From an uncultured Bacteroidia bacterium (GTDB taxonomy: Bacteria; Bacteroidota; Bacteroidia; Bacteroidales; Prolixibacteraceae): DNA of 64,000 bases. Both the position numbers and the translations under genes were made by a program. The DNA lies in contig CAIXCY010000082.1 of assembly GCA_903918045.1 (NCBI GenBank), positions 63,730 through 127,729 of the forward strand, written 5' to 3'. The notes under the pieces were generated by a model. The model was not told the origin of the DNA. It saw only the letters and a list, made by a program, of their open reading frames with translations, and made no database searches. Positions 39,197 through 48,622 of this stretch are shown here, piece after piece. Every line of letters begins with the position of its first letter. Position 1 is the first letter of the stretch.

Positions 39197-41353
39197 TCAA
39201 TCTGCCTGCGCAGCGATCAGAATTTCCATAATCTTCCTTCCGGCAGCAGCAACAGAGGTTCCGGGGCCAAATATTGCAACTACACCGGAGTCATAAAGGA
39301 ACTGATAATCCTGGGCTGGGATTACCCCACCTGCAATTACCATTATATCTTCACGACCGAGCTTTTTGAGCTCTTCCATAACAGATGGGATAAGTGTTTT
39401 ATGACCGGCAGCCAGTGAGGAGACACCCAGCACATGCACATCGTTTTCGACAGCTTGTTTGGCGGCCTCGGCGGGTGTCTGGAACAATGGTCCCATATCG
39501 ACATCAAAACCAAGGTCAGCATATCCTGTTGCCACAACTTTGGCTCCGCGGTCATGTCCGTCCTGCCCCATTTTTGCGATCATGATCCGGGGTTGACGCC
39601 CCTCTTTTTCTGCAAACTGATTGACAAGTTCAATTGCTTGCTCAAAATCTTTGTCGTTTTTAGCTTCTGATGAATACACGCCTGATATTGTTCTGATGGT
39701 TGCTTTATAACGTCCTGCAATCTTCTCACAGGCAGAGGAGATCTCACCCAGAGAAGCTCTTCTTTGAGCAGCTACAATGGCCAGTTCCAGCAGATTCCCT
39801 TCGCCGGTCTCAGCACATTTGGTTATAGCTTCAAGGGCTTCAATCACTTCGGCTTCGTTGCGCTCTGCACGAAGTTTATTCAACCTTTCAATTTGTGAAA
39901 GACGAACTGCTGTATTGTCAATATCCAGAATATCGATTGGATCTTCTTTCCCGAGCCTGTATTTATTTACCCCAATAATAGCCTGTGTGCCGGAATCGAT
40001 GCGCCCCTGAGTCCGGGCAGCAGCCTCTTCAATACGCATTTTTGGTACACCTGTTTCAATTGCTTTTGACATACCACCCAAGGCTTCAACCTCCTCAATG
40101 AGTGCCCACGCCTTTTTTACAAGTTCGTTGGTCAGCGATTCCACATAATATGAACCTGCCCACGGATCAAGTGAACGACATACTTCAGTCTCCTGCTGGA
40201 TATAAAGTTGCGTGTTACGGGCAATTCGCGCAGAGAACTCGGTTGGAAGGGCTATCGCCTCGTCAAGGGCATTGGTATGCAATGACTGGGTATGTCCCAG
40301 AACAGCCGCCATTGCTTCTATACAGGTACGTCCAACGTTGTTGTAGGGATCCTGTTCGGTAAGCGACCACCCGGAGGTTTGGGAATGTGTCCGCAAAGCC
40401 ATGGATTTAGCGCTCTTTGGATTAAATTGTTTGACCAATTTAGCCCAGATCATGCGGGCGGCGCGCATTTTGGCAATCTCCATAAAATGGTTCATCCCCA
40501 CTGCCCAGAAGAATGATAAGCGCGGTGCAAAAGCATCAACGGTTAATCCAGCTTTGATCCCTGTCCGGATATAATCCAGGCCATCAGCAAGGGTATATGC
40601 CATTTCGATATCAGCCGTTGCTCCGGCTTCCTGCATGTGATAACCGGAAATTGAGATCGAGTTAAATTTGGGCATATATTTGGAGGTGTACTCAAAAATA
40701 TCGGCGATAATCTTCATAGAGAATTCAGGAGGATAGATATAGGTGTTACGCACCATAAACTCCTTAAGAATATCGTTTTGAATGGTCCCTGCAAGCTCAT
40801 CCAGTTTAGCACCCTGTTCCAAGGCTGTAACGATGTAAAACGCCAGCACCGGAAGGACTGCCCCATTCATTGTCATCGAAACTGACATTTTATTAAGCGG
40901 AATATTGTCAAAAAGGATCTTCATATCCAATATTGAATCGATTGCAACCCCCGCTTTCCCGACGTCTCCAACAACACGCGGATGATCGGAGTCATAACCA
41001 CGGTGGGTGGCCAGGTCAAAAGCGACAGAAAGTCCTTTTTGTCCCGCGGCAAGGTTGCGGCGATAGAACGCATTCGACTCTTCGGCGGTTGAAAATCCGG
41101 CATATTGGCGAATCGTCCAGGGACGTGTAACAAACATTGTAGAATAAGGTCCCCGAAGAAAAGGGGCAATACCAGCCGCAAAATTCAAATGTGTCAGACC
41201 TTTAACATCCTCTTTGGTGTAAACACTTTTAACCGGAATTAATTCAGGAGTGATCCATCTATTTTCAATTCCGCTTTCATTTCCCAGCTCCGCTGTTGTA
41301 CAGCATGGTTTTGGGGCATTCGTTATCTTTATATTTCTAAAATCAGGCTTCAT
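39197..41353 (-). CDS. Methylmalonyl-CoA mutase, large (catalytic) subunit
   Basis: 718 aa. C-terminal B12-binding '[12 protein letters not shown]' (DxHxxG) and 'GGVIP'. N-terminal TIM-barrel blocks '[13 protein letters not shown]'. Confidence 0.9.
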   Translation of the reverse strand: MKPDFRNIKITNAPKPCCTTAELGNESGIENRWITPELIPVKSVYTKEDVKGLTHLNFAAGIAPFLRGPYSTMFVTRPWTIRQYAGFSTAEESNAFYRRNLAAGQKGLSVAFDLATHRGYDSDHPRVVGDVGKAGVAIDSILDMKILFDNIPLNKMSVSMTMNGAVLPVLAFYIVTALEQGAKLDELAGTIQNDILKEFMVRNTYIYPPEFSMKIIADIFEYTSKYMPKFNSISISGYHMQEAGATADIEMAYTLADGLDYIRTGIKAGLTVDAFAPRLSFFWAVGMNHFMEIAKMRAARMIWAKLVKQFNPKSAKSMALRTHSQTSGWSLTEQDPYNNVGRTCIEAMAAVLGHTQSLHTNALDEAIALPTEFSARIARNTQLYIQQETEVCRSLDPWAGSYYVESLTNELVKKAWALIEEVEALGGMSKAIETGVPKMRIEEAAARTQGRIDSGTQAIIGVNKYRLGKEDPIDILDIDNTAVRLSQIERLNKLRAERNEAEVIEALEAITKCAETGEGNLLELAIVAAQRRASLGEISSACEKIAGRYKATIRTISGVYSSEAKNDKDFEQAIELVNQFAEKEGRQPRIMIAKMGQDGHDRGAKVVATGYADLGFDVDMGPLFQTPAEAAKQAVENDVHVLGVSSLAAGHKTLIPSVMEELKKLGREDIMVIAGGVIPAQDYQFLYDSGVVAIFGPGTSVAAAGRKIMEILIAAQAD

Positions 41354-41361
41354 AACAGATC

Positions 41362-43272
41362 CTATTTTATCCCAAGTTTATGATTATAACCAGTGAGTGA
41401 TTCCAGTAAATTGGTTTTCACATTAATGAAGTTCTCTATACCAACGGCTTTGAGATCCTCTGAACAAGCAGGGGCTCCTGCAACAACAAAAATTGCTTTC
41501 CCCTTCAATTGCCTGTAAACCTCGGGAGCATATTGGGCATATTCATCGTCAGAGCTACAAATTACAACAATGTCAGCAGAAGCCTCCAGGGCTGAATTAA
41601 CCCCTGCCTCAACCGATTCAAAGGCATTGTTGTCAACGACTTCATACCCGGCAACGGCAAAGAAATTTGAGGAAAACTGTGCTCTTGCCTTACTAAATAC
41701 AAGGTCCCCGATAGTGAGCATAAATGCTTTTGGACGTATATTTAATGTTGAAAACCGATCTGTAGCATACCTGAGCGCCTCCAGTTGACGTGCGCTGCGA
41801 TACATTTTAATCGTGTCAACTTCAGCATCTTTGCTGGTCTGGTCAATAGCCTCAAATGATTGGCTGCTTAATTCAATTCCAATCTGTTCTGTATAATTTG
41901 GAAACTGATTAACACCTAGGATATTTTCGCGACGGGTGGCGACCGCTTTTGTCCGTTTAACAGCCATTTCATTCACCTGTGTCTGGACAATTCCTGAACG
42001 AAAAGCCGCAATAAATCCACCTTTATCCTGGATATCGAGGAAGATTTTCCACGACTGTTCTGCAATTTCAGCAGTCAATGACTCAATATAGTATGAGCCG
42101 GCGCCAGGATCTGCTATCTTATCAAAATGGGCCTCCTCCTTTAGTATAGCTTGCTGGTTACGTGCAATTCGTTCTGCAAAATCGGTCGGTTGCTCATATA
42201 CCACATCAAACGGTTTTATAGTCAGTGAATCGGTCCCCCCCAAGGTGGCTGACATGGCTTCGGTTTGGGTACGAAGCAGATTCACATACGAATCGTAAAT
42301 TGTCTTATTCCAAACAGAGGTCTCAGAATGGATATGCATTTTTCCTGCACAAAGGCATTCCCCCTCTCCGCAATTCTCATCACATTCACATTTAGGGTGA
42401 TAAGCCTGAACTATCCTGGCCCACAACATCCGGGCAGCGCGCAGTTTGGCTATTTCCATAAAATAGTTTCCACCGATTCCAAAGTTAAAACGGATCCTGG
42501 GAGCGATGATCCCTGCATCTAACCCCAGGTCAGTTAATCTGGTCAGATATTCTGCGCCGATTGCCAATGAAAATCCCAATTCCTGCACGATAGATGCACC
42601 GGCATTGTTAAAATTCCGGCCATTGACACCAATCAGCTGAATTCCGGAATAATCAACAGCAGAGTCCAGGACCTCTTTAACCCGCACGAATGCTTCATTT
42701 TCGCTTGAGCAGAATTTACCCTTTAATGTAAAAACCCCGACTGGATCCAGGTTAACAGAGCCTTTCACCAGGGAGGGATCAGCTTTCTGCTCTTTTAAAA
42801 ATTCAACCAGACTCTTTACCAAAATTGGATTCTTGCAGGTCATGACAAAATTAACCTCCGTTTTTTGAAGATCAATTCCACTGCAAAGCGCTTTTAGATC
42901 TTCAGTACTGATCTCCTGACAGGATTTAAATAGAAAGCCAAGGGAGGTAACACCTTTTGAGAGGATTTGCAAAGCCTTCCGGTTGGCCTGGACAAAACCG
43001 GAGACTTCGATATCCTGTCGAACCAACCAGTTATTTCCTGTTTTATGATTTCCCCGCACATAGGGGAACTGCCCCGGCAAGGTATCAAGGAATTCGAGCC
43101 CGCTTAAATTTTCGTCCCGATAATACGGACGCACCTTAATACCCTCATTGGTAGACCAGATTAGTGTCTTGTCGTAATCTTTACCCTTAAGATCAGTGCG
43201 GATTTGAGATTCCCAGGTTTCCGTGGATACGGAGGGAAATTCTTGAAATAAATTCATATCATTCTCATTCAT
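41362..43272 (-). CDS. Methylmalonyl-CoA mutase, small subunit
   Basis: Paralogous to the large subunit ('[15 protein letters not shown]', 'RIARNQQ') but lacks the DxHxxG motif. It sits immediately upstream of the large subunit. Confidence 0.85.
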   Translation of the reverse strand: MNENDMNLFQEFPSVSTETWESQIRTDLKGKDYDKTLIWSTNEGIKVRPYYRDENLSGLEFLDTLPGQFPYVRGNHKTGNNWLVRQDIEVSGFVQANRKALQILSKGVTSLGFLFKSCQEISTEDLKALCSGIDLQKTEVNFVMTCKNPILVKSLVEFLKEQKADPSLVKGSVNLDPVGVFTLKGKFCSSENEAFVRVKEVLDSAVDYSGIQLIGVNGRNFNNAGASIVQELGFSLAIGAEYLTRLTDLGLDAGIIAPRIRFNFGIGGNYFMEIAKLRAARMLWARIVQAYHPKCECDENCGEGECLCAGKMHIHSETSVWNKTIYDSYVNLLRTQTEAMSATLGGTDSLTIKPFDVVYEQPTDFAERIARNQQAILKEEAHFDKIADPGAGSYYIESLTAEIAEQSWKIFLDIQDKGGFIAAFRSGIVQTQVNEMAVKRTKAVATRRENILGVNQFPNYTEQIGIELSSQSFEAIDQTSKDAEVDTIKMYRSARQLEALRYATDRFSTLNIRPKAFMLTIGDLVFSKARAQFSSNFFAVAGYEVVDNNAFESVEAGVNSALEASADIVVICSSDDEYAQYAPEVYRQLKGKAIFVVAGAPACSEDLKAVGIENFINVKTNLLESLTGYNHKLGIK

Positions 43273-43666
43273 AACAAAATAGCTATTGTATAAAATCGAA
43301 TGACAAAGGTAAAAGTTTAAATTTTATATCGACCTATAAGCCATGTTAATTTAAAATTAAATAACAACAAAACACCGAACAATTCGGGGACCATGGTATG
43401 AAAGGAAATTTAAGGAAGATTTATTGAGTTTCTTAACACCAGATGAGTCAGGATATTTAGGAAGGAGGATAATTGCCACTCTAATCTTTTCGTTGTATTT
43501 TCGCAGGGTTCTCAATATCGATTCAGACAAGGGTTTTTGGTTAAATTGTTGCACCACTTTTCGGTGATTCAGAGGCGATCGGTTTATCCTGAAGTTATTC
43601 CCGGATAACTTTGGCAATGAGAGAACACAGGGTGCTAATTATAAAACATAGTTTAAAATCGCATGC

Positions 43667-44335
43667 ATGAAAAAATATCTCCAATATGGCATCCTCTTAT
43701 TCCTGTTTTTGTCATTGATATCGTTTAAGATACGCGACAATAATCGTAAGAGTTCAAAAAATGATCCGGAACCACAATATCTTTCTAATCTGGAACGGGA
43801 GGTTATTGAGGAACTAAATCTGGCCAGAAGTCACCCCAAAGTCTATGCTGATTTCCTCGCTTCGTATGCTGACCTCTTTATTGGAAGGGAGGTCCATGAG
43901 TCAGGAAAGACAATCCTGCTGACGAAAGAAGGTAAAGAGGCAGTAATTGAAGCAATAAAATTTCTGAGAAAACAGGCTCCGCTTGGAATATTAAAGGCAT
44001 CCATAGGGATGAGTAAGGGGGCCGGCGATATGGTCAGGATGCAGGAGACAACATCGCAAATCGGTCACAAAGGGAGAGATGGAAGCACATTTGCTGAACG
44101 CATCAGCCGTTACGGTACCTGGAGTGGATTATGTTCCGAAAATATTGATTACGGAAACAATGTAGCACGAAGAATTGTGATGGCGCTTATAATCGATGAT
44201 GGAGTTGGTAGCAGGGGTCATCGAAAAAGTATTTTCGAACCTGGTTTTAAAAGAGTCGGAGTCTCATTCGGAAGCCACAAAACATATAATTATATGTGCG
44301 TTATCGAATATGCAATTGGCTATACAGAGAAATAG
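43667..44335 (+). CDS. CAP (SCP/PR-1-like) domain protein, secreted
   Basis: Signal peptide. 'GHKG', 'ENIDYG' and 'SRGHRKSIF' are CAP-domain-like. Confidence 0.7.
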   Translation: MKKYLQYGILLFLFLSLISFKIRDNNRKSSKNDPEPQYLSNLEREVIEELNLARSHPKVYADFLASYADLFIGREVHESGKTILLTKEGKEAVIEAIKFLRKQAPLGILKASIGMSKGAGDMVRMQETTSQIGHKGRDGSTFAERISRYGTWSGLCSENIDYGNNVARRIVMALIIDDGVGSRGHRKSIFEPGFKRVGVSFGSHKTYNYMCVIEYAIGYTEK

Positions 44336-44368
44336 ACCGTTGTTCGCTGTGTGGATCACTAAATAGTT

Positions 44369-44416
44369 GGACATAAAAAAAGTTTATTGAATGCTCAATA
44401 AACTTTTTTTATGTCC
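44369..44416. terminator. Bidirectional hairpin (22-bp perfect stem, 4-nt loop)
   Basis: ggacataaaaaaagtttattga-atgc-tcaataaactttttttatgtcc, between convergent genes. Confidence 0.7.
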
Positions 44417-44469
44417 TGAAGTAAAAATCCCGTTGCATTATGAATTACACCGGTAGTATGGTGACAATA

Positions 44470-45516
44470 CTATTCAGTTTCGTTGTAGATTGTGACTACG
44501 GTATTTGAGTTACCAAGGTCGATACCAACATAAGTAATATTTTCCTTCATCTCAAGGCTATTTGTTGCAGGAACCATTGATACCGAGTTTAAGCAATATC
44601 CCTCGCTGGCGCAAAGATAAGGTTCCGGGTAAACGATTACTTCAAGAATATCCTGGAACTCCTCTGTGAATAATGTAACTAACTCCGAATACATGGCACC
44701 TCCGCCAACGAGATAGATTTTATTTGTTCTTGAGAAGTCTTCATCTGAAAATTTCTTACGCATTGCAGGTGAAACCACTTCGTTATAATAGCTGGTTAAA
44801 GCGCGTTTGCGCATCTCCAAAACATCCACTTTACGACGATTGATCAGGAAGAAACCTCGCTGAAAGGCCCGTTCGATTTGCTGGCCGGTGAGCAGGTTGA
44901 GGTAATAGTTTTTTTCAATCTCATTTTCAAGGATATTAACAGCATATTGGATCCCCTTTTCGCTATGGGCTGTCCGCTGAATAATACCTGAAGGGGTGGA
45001 AAGTGCTAATTCGAAGGTCCCAAATCCAAGACTTCCAATAAAGAAATTTTGTGTTTCGGCCATCTGACCCTGACGAATTGCCTTTATGCAACCGTCAATT
45101 TCTGTCATTACATCAAACGCAGAAACATTGACACTAATATTCTCAACACCAGTTCCACCAAATGTTCTGGTATCAAAGCTAACCTGATGTTTACCTAAAT
45201 AGAAATCTCTGGCCCCTTTTTTATAAATAGCGTGAGTGATAAACGGAAAACCTGTAGTTATAACCATCTTATTATCTGTTCCCTGTGCAGCAATGATTAA
45301 TGCAGTAAGCGCCATTAACTGATAATCCAGATCCTGTGCAGAACTATTCAGAAATTTATGAGGGGCATTGCCTTCAGTCAGTGCCATATTACCAATCAGG
45401 TAATTGCGCTGGTTAAAATTATTGATTTTCATCCCTTCAATAAAGTTGGCTGCTACTTTAGCAAAATCCACAGTGGTTTCCTCATAAACACTAGGGAATA
45501 CATAAGATCGTTTCAT
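44470..45516 (-). CDS. Actin-fold (ParM/Alp-like) ATPase with phosphate-1 hairpin at the C terminus (apparent circular permutation)
   Basis: Motif order in the ORF: 'YVFPSVY' (beta3-like) at the N terminus, 'FFIGSLGFGTFELA' (phosphate-2-like), 'KIYLVGGGAMYSEL' (adenosine-like), then C-terminal 'MKENITYVGIDLGNSNTVVTIYNETE' (phosphate-1-like). Confidence 0.6.
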   Translation of the reverse strand: MKRSYVFPSVYEETTVDFAKVAANFIEGMKINNFNQRNYLIGNMALTEGNAPHKFLNSSAQDLDYQLMALTALIIAAQGTDNKMVITTGFPFITHAIYKKGARDFYLGKHQVSFDTRTFGGTGVENISVNVSAFDVMTEIDGCIKAIRQGQMAETQNFFIGSLGFGTFELALSTPSGIIQRTAHSEKGIQYAVNILENEIEKNYYLNLLTGQQIERAFQRGFFLINRRKVDVLEMRKRALTSYYNEVVSPAMRKKFSDEDFSRTNKIYLVGGGAMYSELVTLFTEEFQDILEVIVYPEPYLCASEGYCLNSVSMVPATNSLEMKENITYVGIDLGNSNTVVTIYNETE

Positions 45517-45588
45517 AAATGTTTTTTTATAGTTTAAAGGTATTTTATATTGTTATTTTCAACGTATATGATTCATATAAATTAAATT

Positions 45589-46956
45589 TTAATTGAATAA
45601 TGATGAATAATCATCACTTGGCAGCTTACGAATAGCATCATTAAGAAAAAAATCGCCGTTTTCGATCGCCTTGGCCTTATTGGCAGGCTCATTTTCACTG
45701 TTTTTCTTTATTCCAAATTTTTCCTGTTCACTCTTTTTATCAACAGATTTTGCGTCCTGATATCTCACAGGGCTCAATAAATTTCTAAGTTCCTCGAAGC
45801 CCGATATGCTGTAATTTTTGCCCTTTCGTGCAGTGGGTGAAATCAGCGTAGCATCAGAACTGTATGGTTTTTTCTTTCCTTTTCTTATCTTGGAGGAATC
45901 CTCCCTGATCGGCTCCCCCAGGCAGTTGGCAATAGAAACAGGGGAAGGAAGCGGGAAAAGAACCAATTCGCCATTTTCAGCCATATTATCTTCAAAATCA
46001 AAGTCGAGTAACTGAACATAGTCATTTTCAGACTTCAACGTCAGTTCTGAAATTTGAGTTGCAACTAATTCATCCTGTGGATTTTCAACTAATTCATCCG
46101 ATACGGTTAAGAGTGTGAATATTTCATCCTCTTCAATCCCTGGCTGCTCCAGAAACAGCATTTCCTCTGATTCGGACGGAAGGTCGGAAGGGATAGTATC
46201 CACAGAATTCACTGATGAAATTGATTCACCAGCAATAAGCGAAAACCTGTTTTCTATTGTTTCATCTGTCAATTGAACTGCATCACCTTCTAGCGATAAA
46301 TTATCAGAAAGGTCAACTATTTCGGACAATGAATCTGAAGGAGTTAATAATTTTGAAATTTTGTCATTCCCAGAAGGGTCTTCCTGGTGATTTATGAAAT
46401 TCTCGTTACCGGTATTCTGCCCAATTAATTTCGATAGCATATCTCCCGAATTACCGGGCATCTGCTCCCACAACGTTTTATTCAGTGAAAAGGAATCCAA
46501 TTGCTCTTCCTTCACAAAATCGATTGGATCCTCAAAGGTAATCTGAGCATGATTATAGGCTGGTATTTGTCGGCGGTTGGGTTCAATTTTAATCATCTCC
46601 TCTGCGAGGCAAATTTGAGCTTCATCGATTGCTTCCAATTTTTCATAGGTAATAACCCTGGCAGTAATTGTAGCACCATCCTTTACTTCAAAGACCTTTG
46701 TATAAAGATTTCCAAAAACGGATGCATGCTCATGAAGGATTGTAATACCGGAAACGATTATATTACCCTCAATTCTTCCGAATACAACAAGATCTTTAGC
46801 CCGAAGAAACCCTTTAACAAATCCTTCTGCACCAATAATTACATTTTTATCAGATTCCACCTTACCAAATACTTCACCATCGATGCGCACATCGGTGGTA
46901 AATATAAGTTCCCCATTTATTTTTGAGGAGGAATTAATTAATGTAGGTATCTTCAT
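45589..46956 (-). CDS. Bactofilin-domain protein with a long acidic C-terminal extension
   Basis: Residues ~10-105 ('INGELIFTTDVRIDGEVFGKVESDKNVIIGAEGFVKGFLRAKDLVVFGRIEGNI..') fit the bactofilin (DUF583) beta-helix repeats. The remaining ~340 aa are rich in D, E and S. Confidence 0.75.
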   Translation of the reverse strand: MKIPTLINSSSKINGELIFTTDVRIDGEVFGKVESDKNVIIGAEGFVKGFLRAKDLVVFGRIEGNIIVSGITILHEHASVFGNLYTKVFEVKDGATITARVITYEKLEAIDEAQICLAEEMIKIEPNRRQIPAYNHAQITFEDPIDFVKEEQLDSFSLNKTLWEQMPGNSGDMLSKLIGQNTGNENFINHQEDPSGNDKISKLLTPSDSLSEIVDLSDNLSLEGDAVQLTDETIENRFSLIAGESISSVNSVDTIPSDLPSESEEMLFLEQPGIEEDEIFTLLTVSDELVENPQDELVATQISELTLKSENDYVQLLDFDFEDNMAENGELVLFPLPSPVSIANCLGEPIREDSSKIRKGKKKPYSSDATLISPTARKGKNYSISGFEELRNLLSPVRYQDAKSVDKKSEQEKFGIKKNSENEPANKAKAIENGDFFLNDAIRKLPSDDYSSLFN

Positions 46957-47116
46957 ACTAAACTAACATGCTATGATTGAATGAGTTTTAAACAAAACTA
47001 CAATTCGGAATAATTCAAATTTAAATCTTTACAGCCAACAAATATAACAAGTTATTTTTACACACACATAAAATTTTGCAATAATTATTTATTCGTCGTA
47101 AATAATTATTCGTAAC

Positions 47117-48445
47117 TTAAATAACTTTTCCTCTCCAATTACCCCATTTAAGGTACCAATAAGATAATAATCCAGTTAAAATGCTATAAATAAATTCACA
47201 AGTCCAAACATACTCTATTTTCATGTGAAGTTTTACAGCGATTATCCAGGCAAACAAAAGGTATACTGATATTGTAACCATTTCAATAACAAGTGCATAA
47301 TTGGTATTAGCTGTTCCCAGAACCCCATTAAAAAGAATGCTCATAATTCCCAGAATGAAGAGGGCTGCCAGAATAATATAATAGGATGCAACCGAAGCTT
47401 CGGCGAGTGCCTGATTATTCGTAAAGAGCGAAATTACAACTCTTGGAGAAATCACTGCCAAACCAACTGTAAATGTCATTGCGAACATACTAAATCTGAC
47501 GACCTTTTTGATAATCGGGATTACAAGTTGTGGCTTCCCTTCGCCCAGAGCTTTGCTTACCAGTGTACTGACTACCGAGCATAGTGCCCAACCAGGAATC
47601 ATCAGCAGAAGGTAAATACTTCGAATGATATTGGATACGGCAAGCGACCTTTCACCCATTTTTTCGATGAACATAAAAAATAAGAACCAACTGCCTAGCG
47701 ATAGAACATATTGCAGCATTACAAACCCGGATATGCCCAGTGTACTTTTGATGATCCCAAAATCTGGCTTAACCCACTTTAAAAGTGCATATTGTTTAAA
47801 TTTTGAATTTGTTCGGGTGACAAAAATCAAGAATAAAAGTGCACAAAGTTCGGCAATAACAGATGCAATTGCTGCCCCCTGAATCCCTAATTGTGGCAAC
47901 CCCCAATGACCAAAAATAAGGAGATAGGCAAGCACGACATTTATGCCGGCCATAATTGCCGAACTGATACTCAGATACCTTGTAAAAGCAATACCGGTAT
48001 AAAACGAACGAAAAATCAATCCTGCTGAAGCAAATATAAGTCCTAAGATCCTGTAAGTAAGAAACTTCGTGCTTGCTGTAAAAACTGCCTCCGAGGCCAT
48101 AAATGGATGCAGCATATTGGGGCCGTAGAAAAATACGATGGAAGTAATAACCAGTGAGGTTATCCCCAAAAAGTAAAAACTGTTATCCACTATCCTTCCA
48201 ATTCCAAGATAGTTTTTCTCCCCGTTTCTCCGGGAGATCAGAATCTGTACACCGGTTGAAAATCCGAAACCAACCATGTAAAAGGTCGTATACAAAAGAC
48301 CTCCAATAGCAGATGCGCCCAGTTCCACTTCACCAACACGTCCTAAGAAAGCGGTATCCGTAATATTAACGACACTCTGAGCAGCCAGACTCAACATAAT
48401 TGGCCAGGCTATATCCCAGATTACCCGGGAGGTGGGGATCGACAT
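47117..48445 (-). CDS. MATE-family efflux transporter
   Basis: 442 aa, 12 TM helices. 'IAWPIMLSLAAQSVVNITDTAFLGRVGEVELGA' is a typical MATE N terminus. Confidence 0.85.
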   Translation of the reverse strand: MSIPTSRVIWDIAWPIMLSLAAQSVVNITDTAFLGRVGEVELGASAIGGLLYTTFYMVGFGFSTGVQILISRRNGEKNYLGIGRIVDNSFYFLGITSLVITSIVFFYGPNMLHPFMASEAVFTASTKFLTYRILGLIFASAGLIFRSFYTGIAFTRYLSISSAIMAGINVVLAYLLIFGHWGLPQLGIQGAAIASVIAELCALLFLIFVTRTNSKFKQYALLKWVKPDFGIIKSTLGISGFVMLQYVLSLGSWFLFFMFIEKMGERSLAVSNIIRSIYLLLMIPGWALCSVVSTLVSKALGEGKPQLVIPIIKKVVRFSMFAMTFTVGLAVISPRVVISLFTNNQALAEASVASYYIILAALFILGIMSILFNGVLGTANTNYALVIEMVTISVYLLFAWIIAVKLHMKIEYVWTCEFIYSILTGLLSYWYLKWGNWRGKVI

Positions 48446-48622
48446 AAAAACAATTCAGCTATGAACAACAATAATCACTAATGCCGCAAAGGTATGAAAT
48501 TCACAAGCAATTAAGGCTATAGGAAAAGACTTTAGTGATACTAAATATCTTAATCCAATAGCCTTAAAATTAGTTATATTATTGCATATCAATATCTTAT
48601 ACCCGAAAGTAAAAGATCGGTT

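Noticed and set aside
43357-43617. 86-aa ORF on the minus strand between mutA and the CAP-domain gene
   Set aside because: It is very basic and low in complexity, with no motif, and it lies in a promoter-type AT-rich spacer. It is most likely a chance ORF.
43273-43666. Possible cobalamin riboswitch in the 394-nt region upstream of the B12-dependent methylmalonyl-CoA mutase genes
   Set aside because: I read both strands and found only loose fragments (for example 'agtcaggata', 'gccactc'). There is no B12 box with the flanking GGUG/CCC pairing elements. Mutase structural genes are also not typical riboswitch targets. A scan with the Rfam RF00174 model would settle it.
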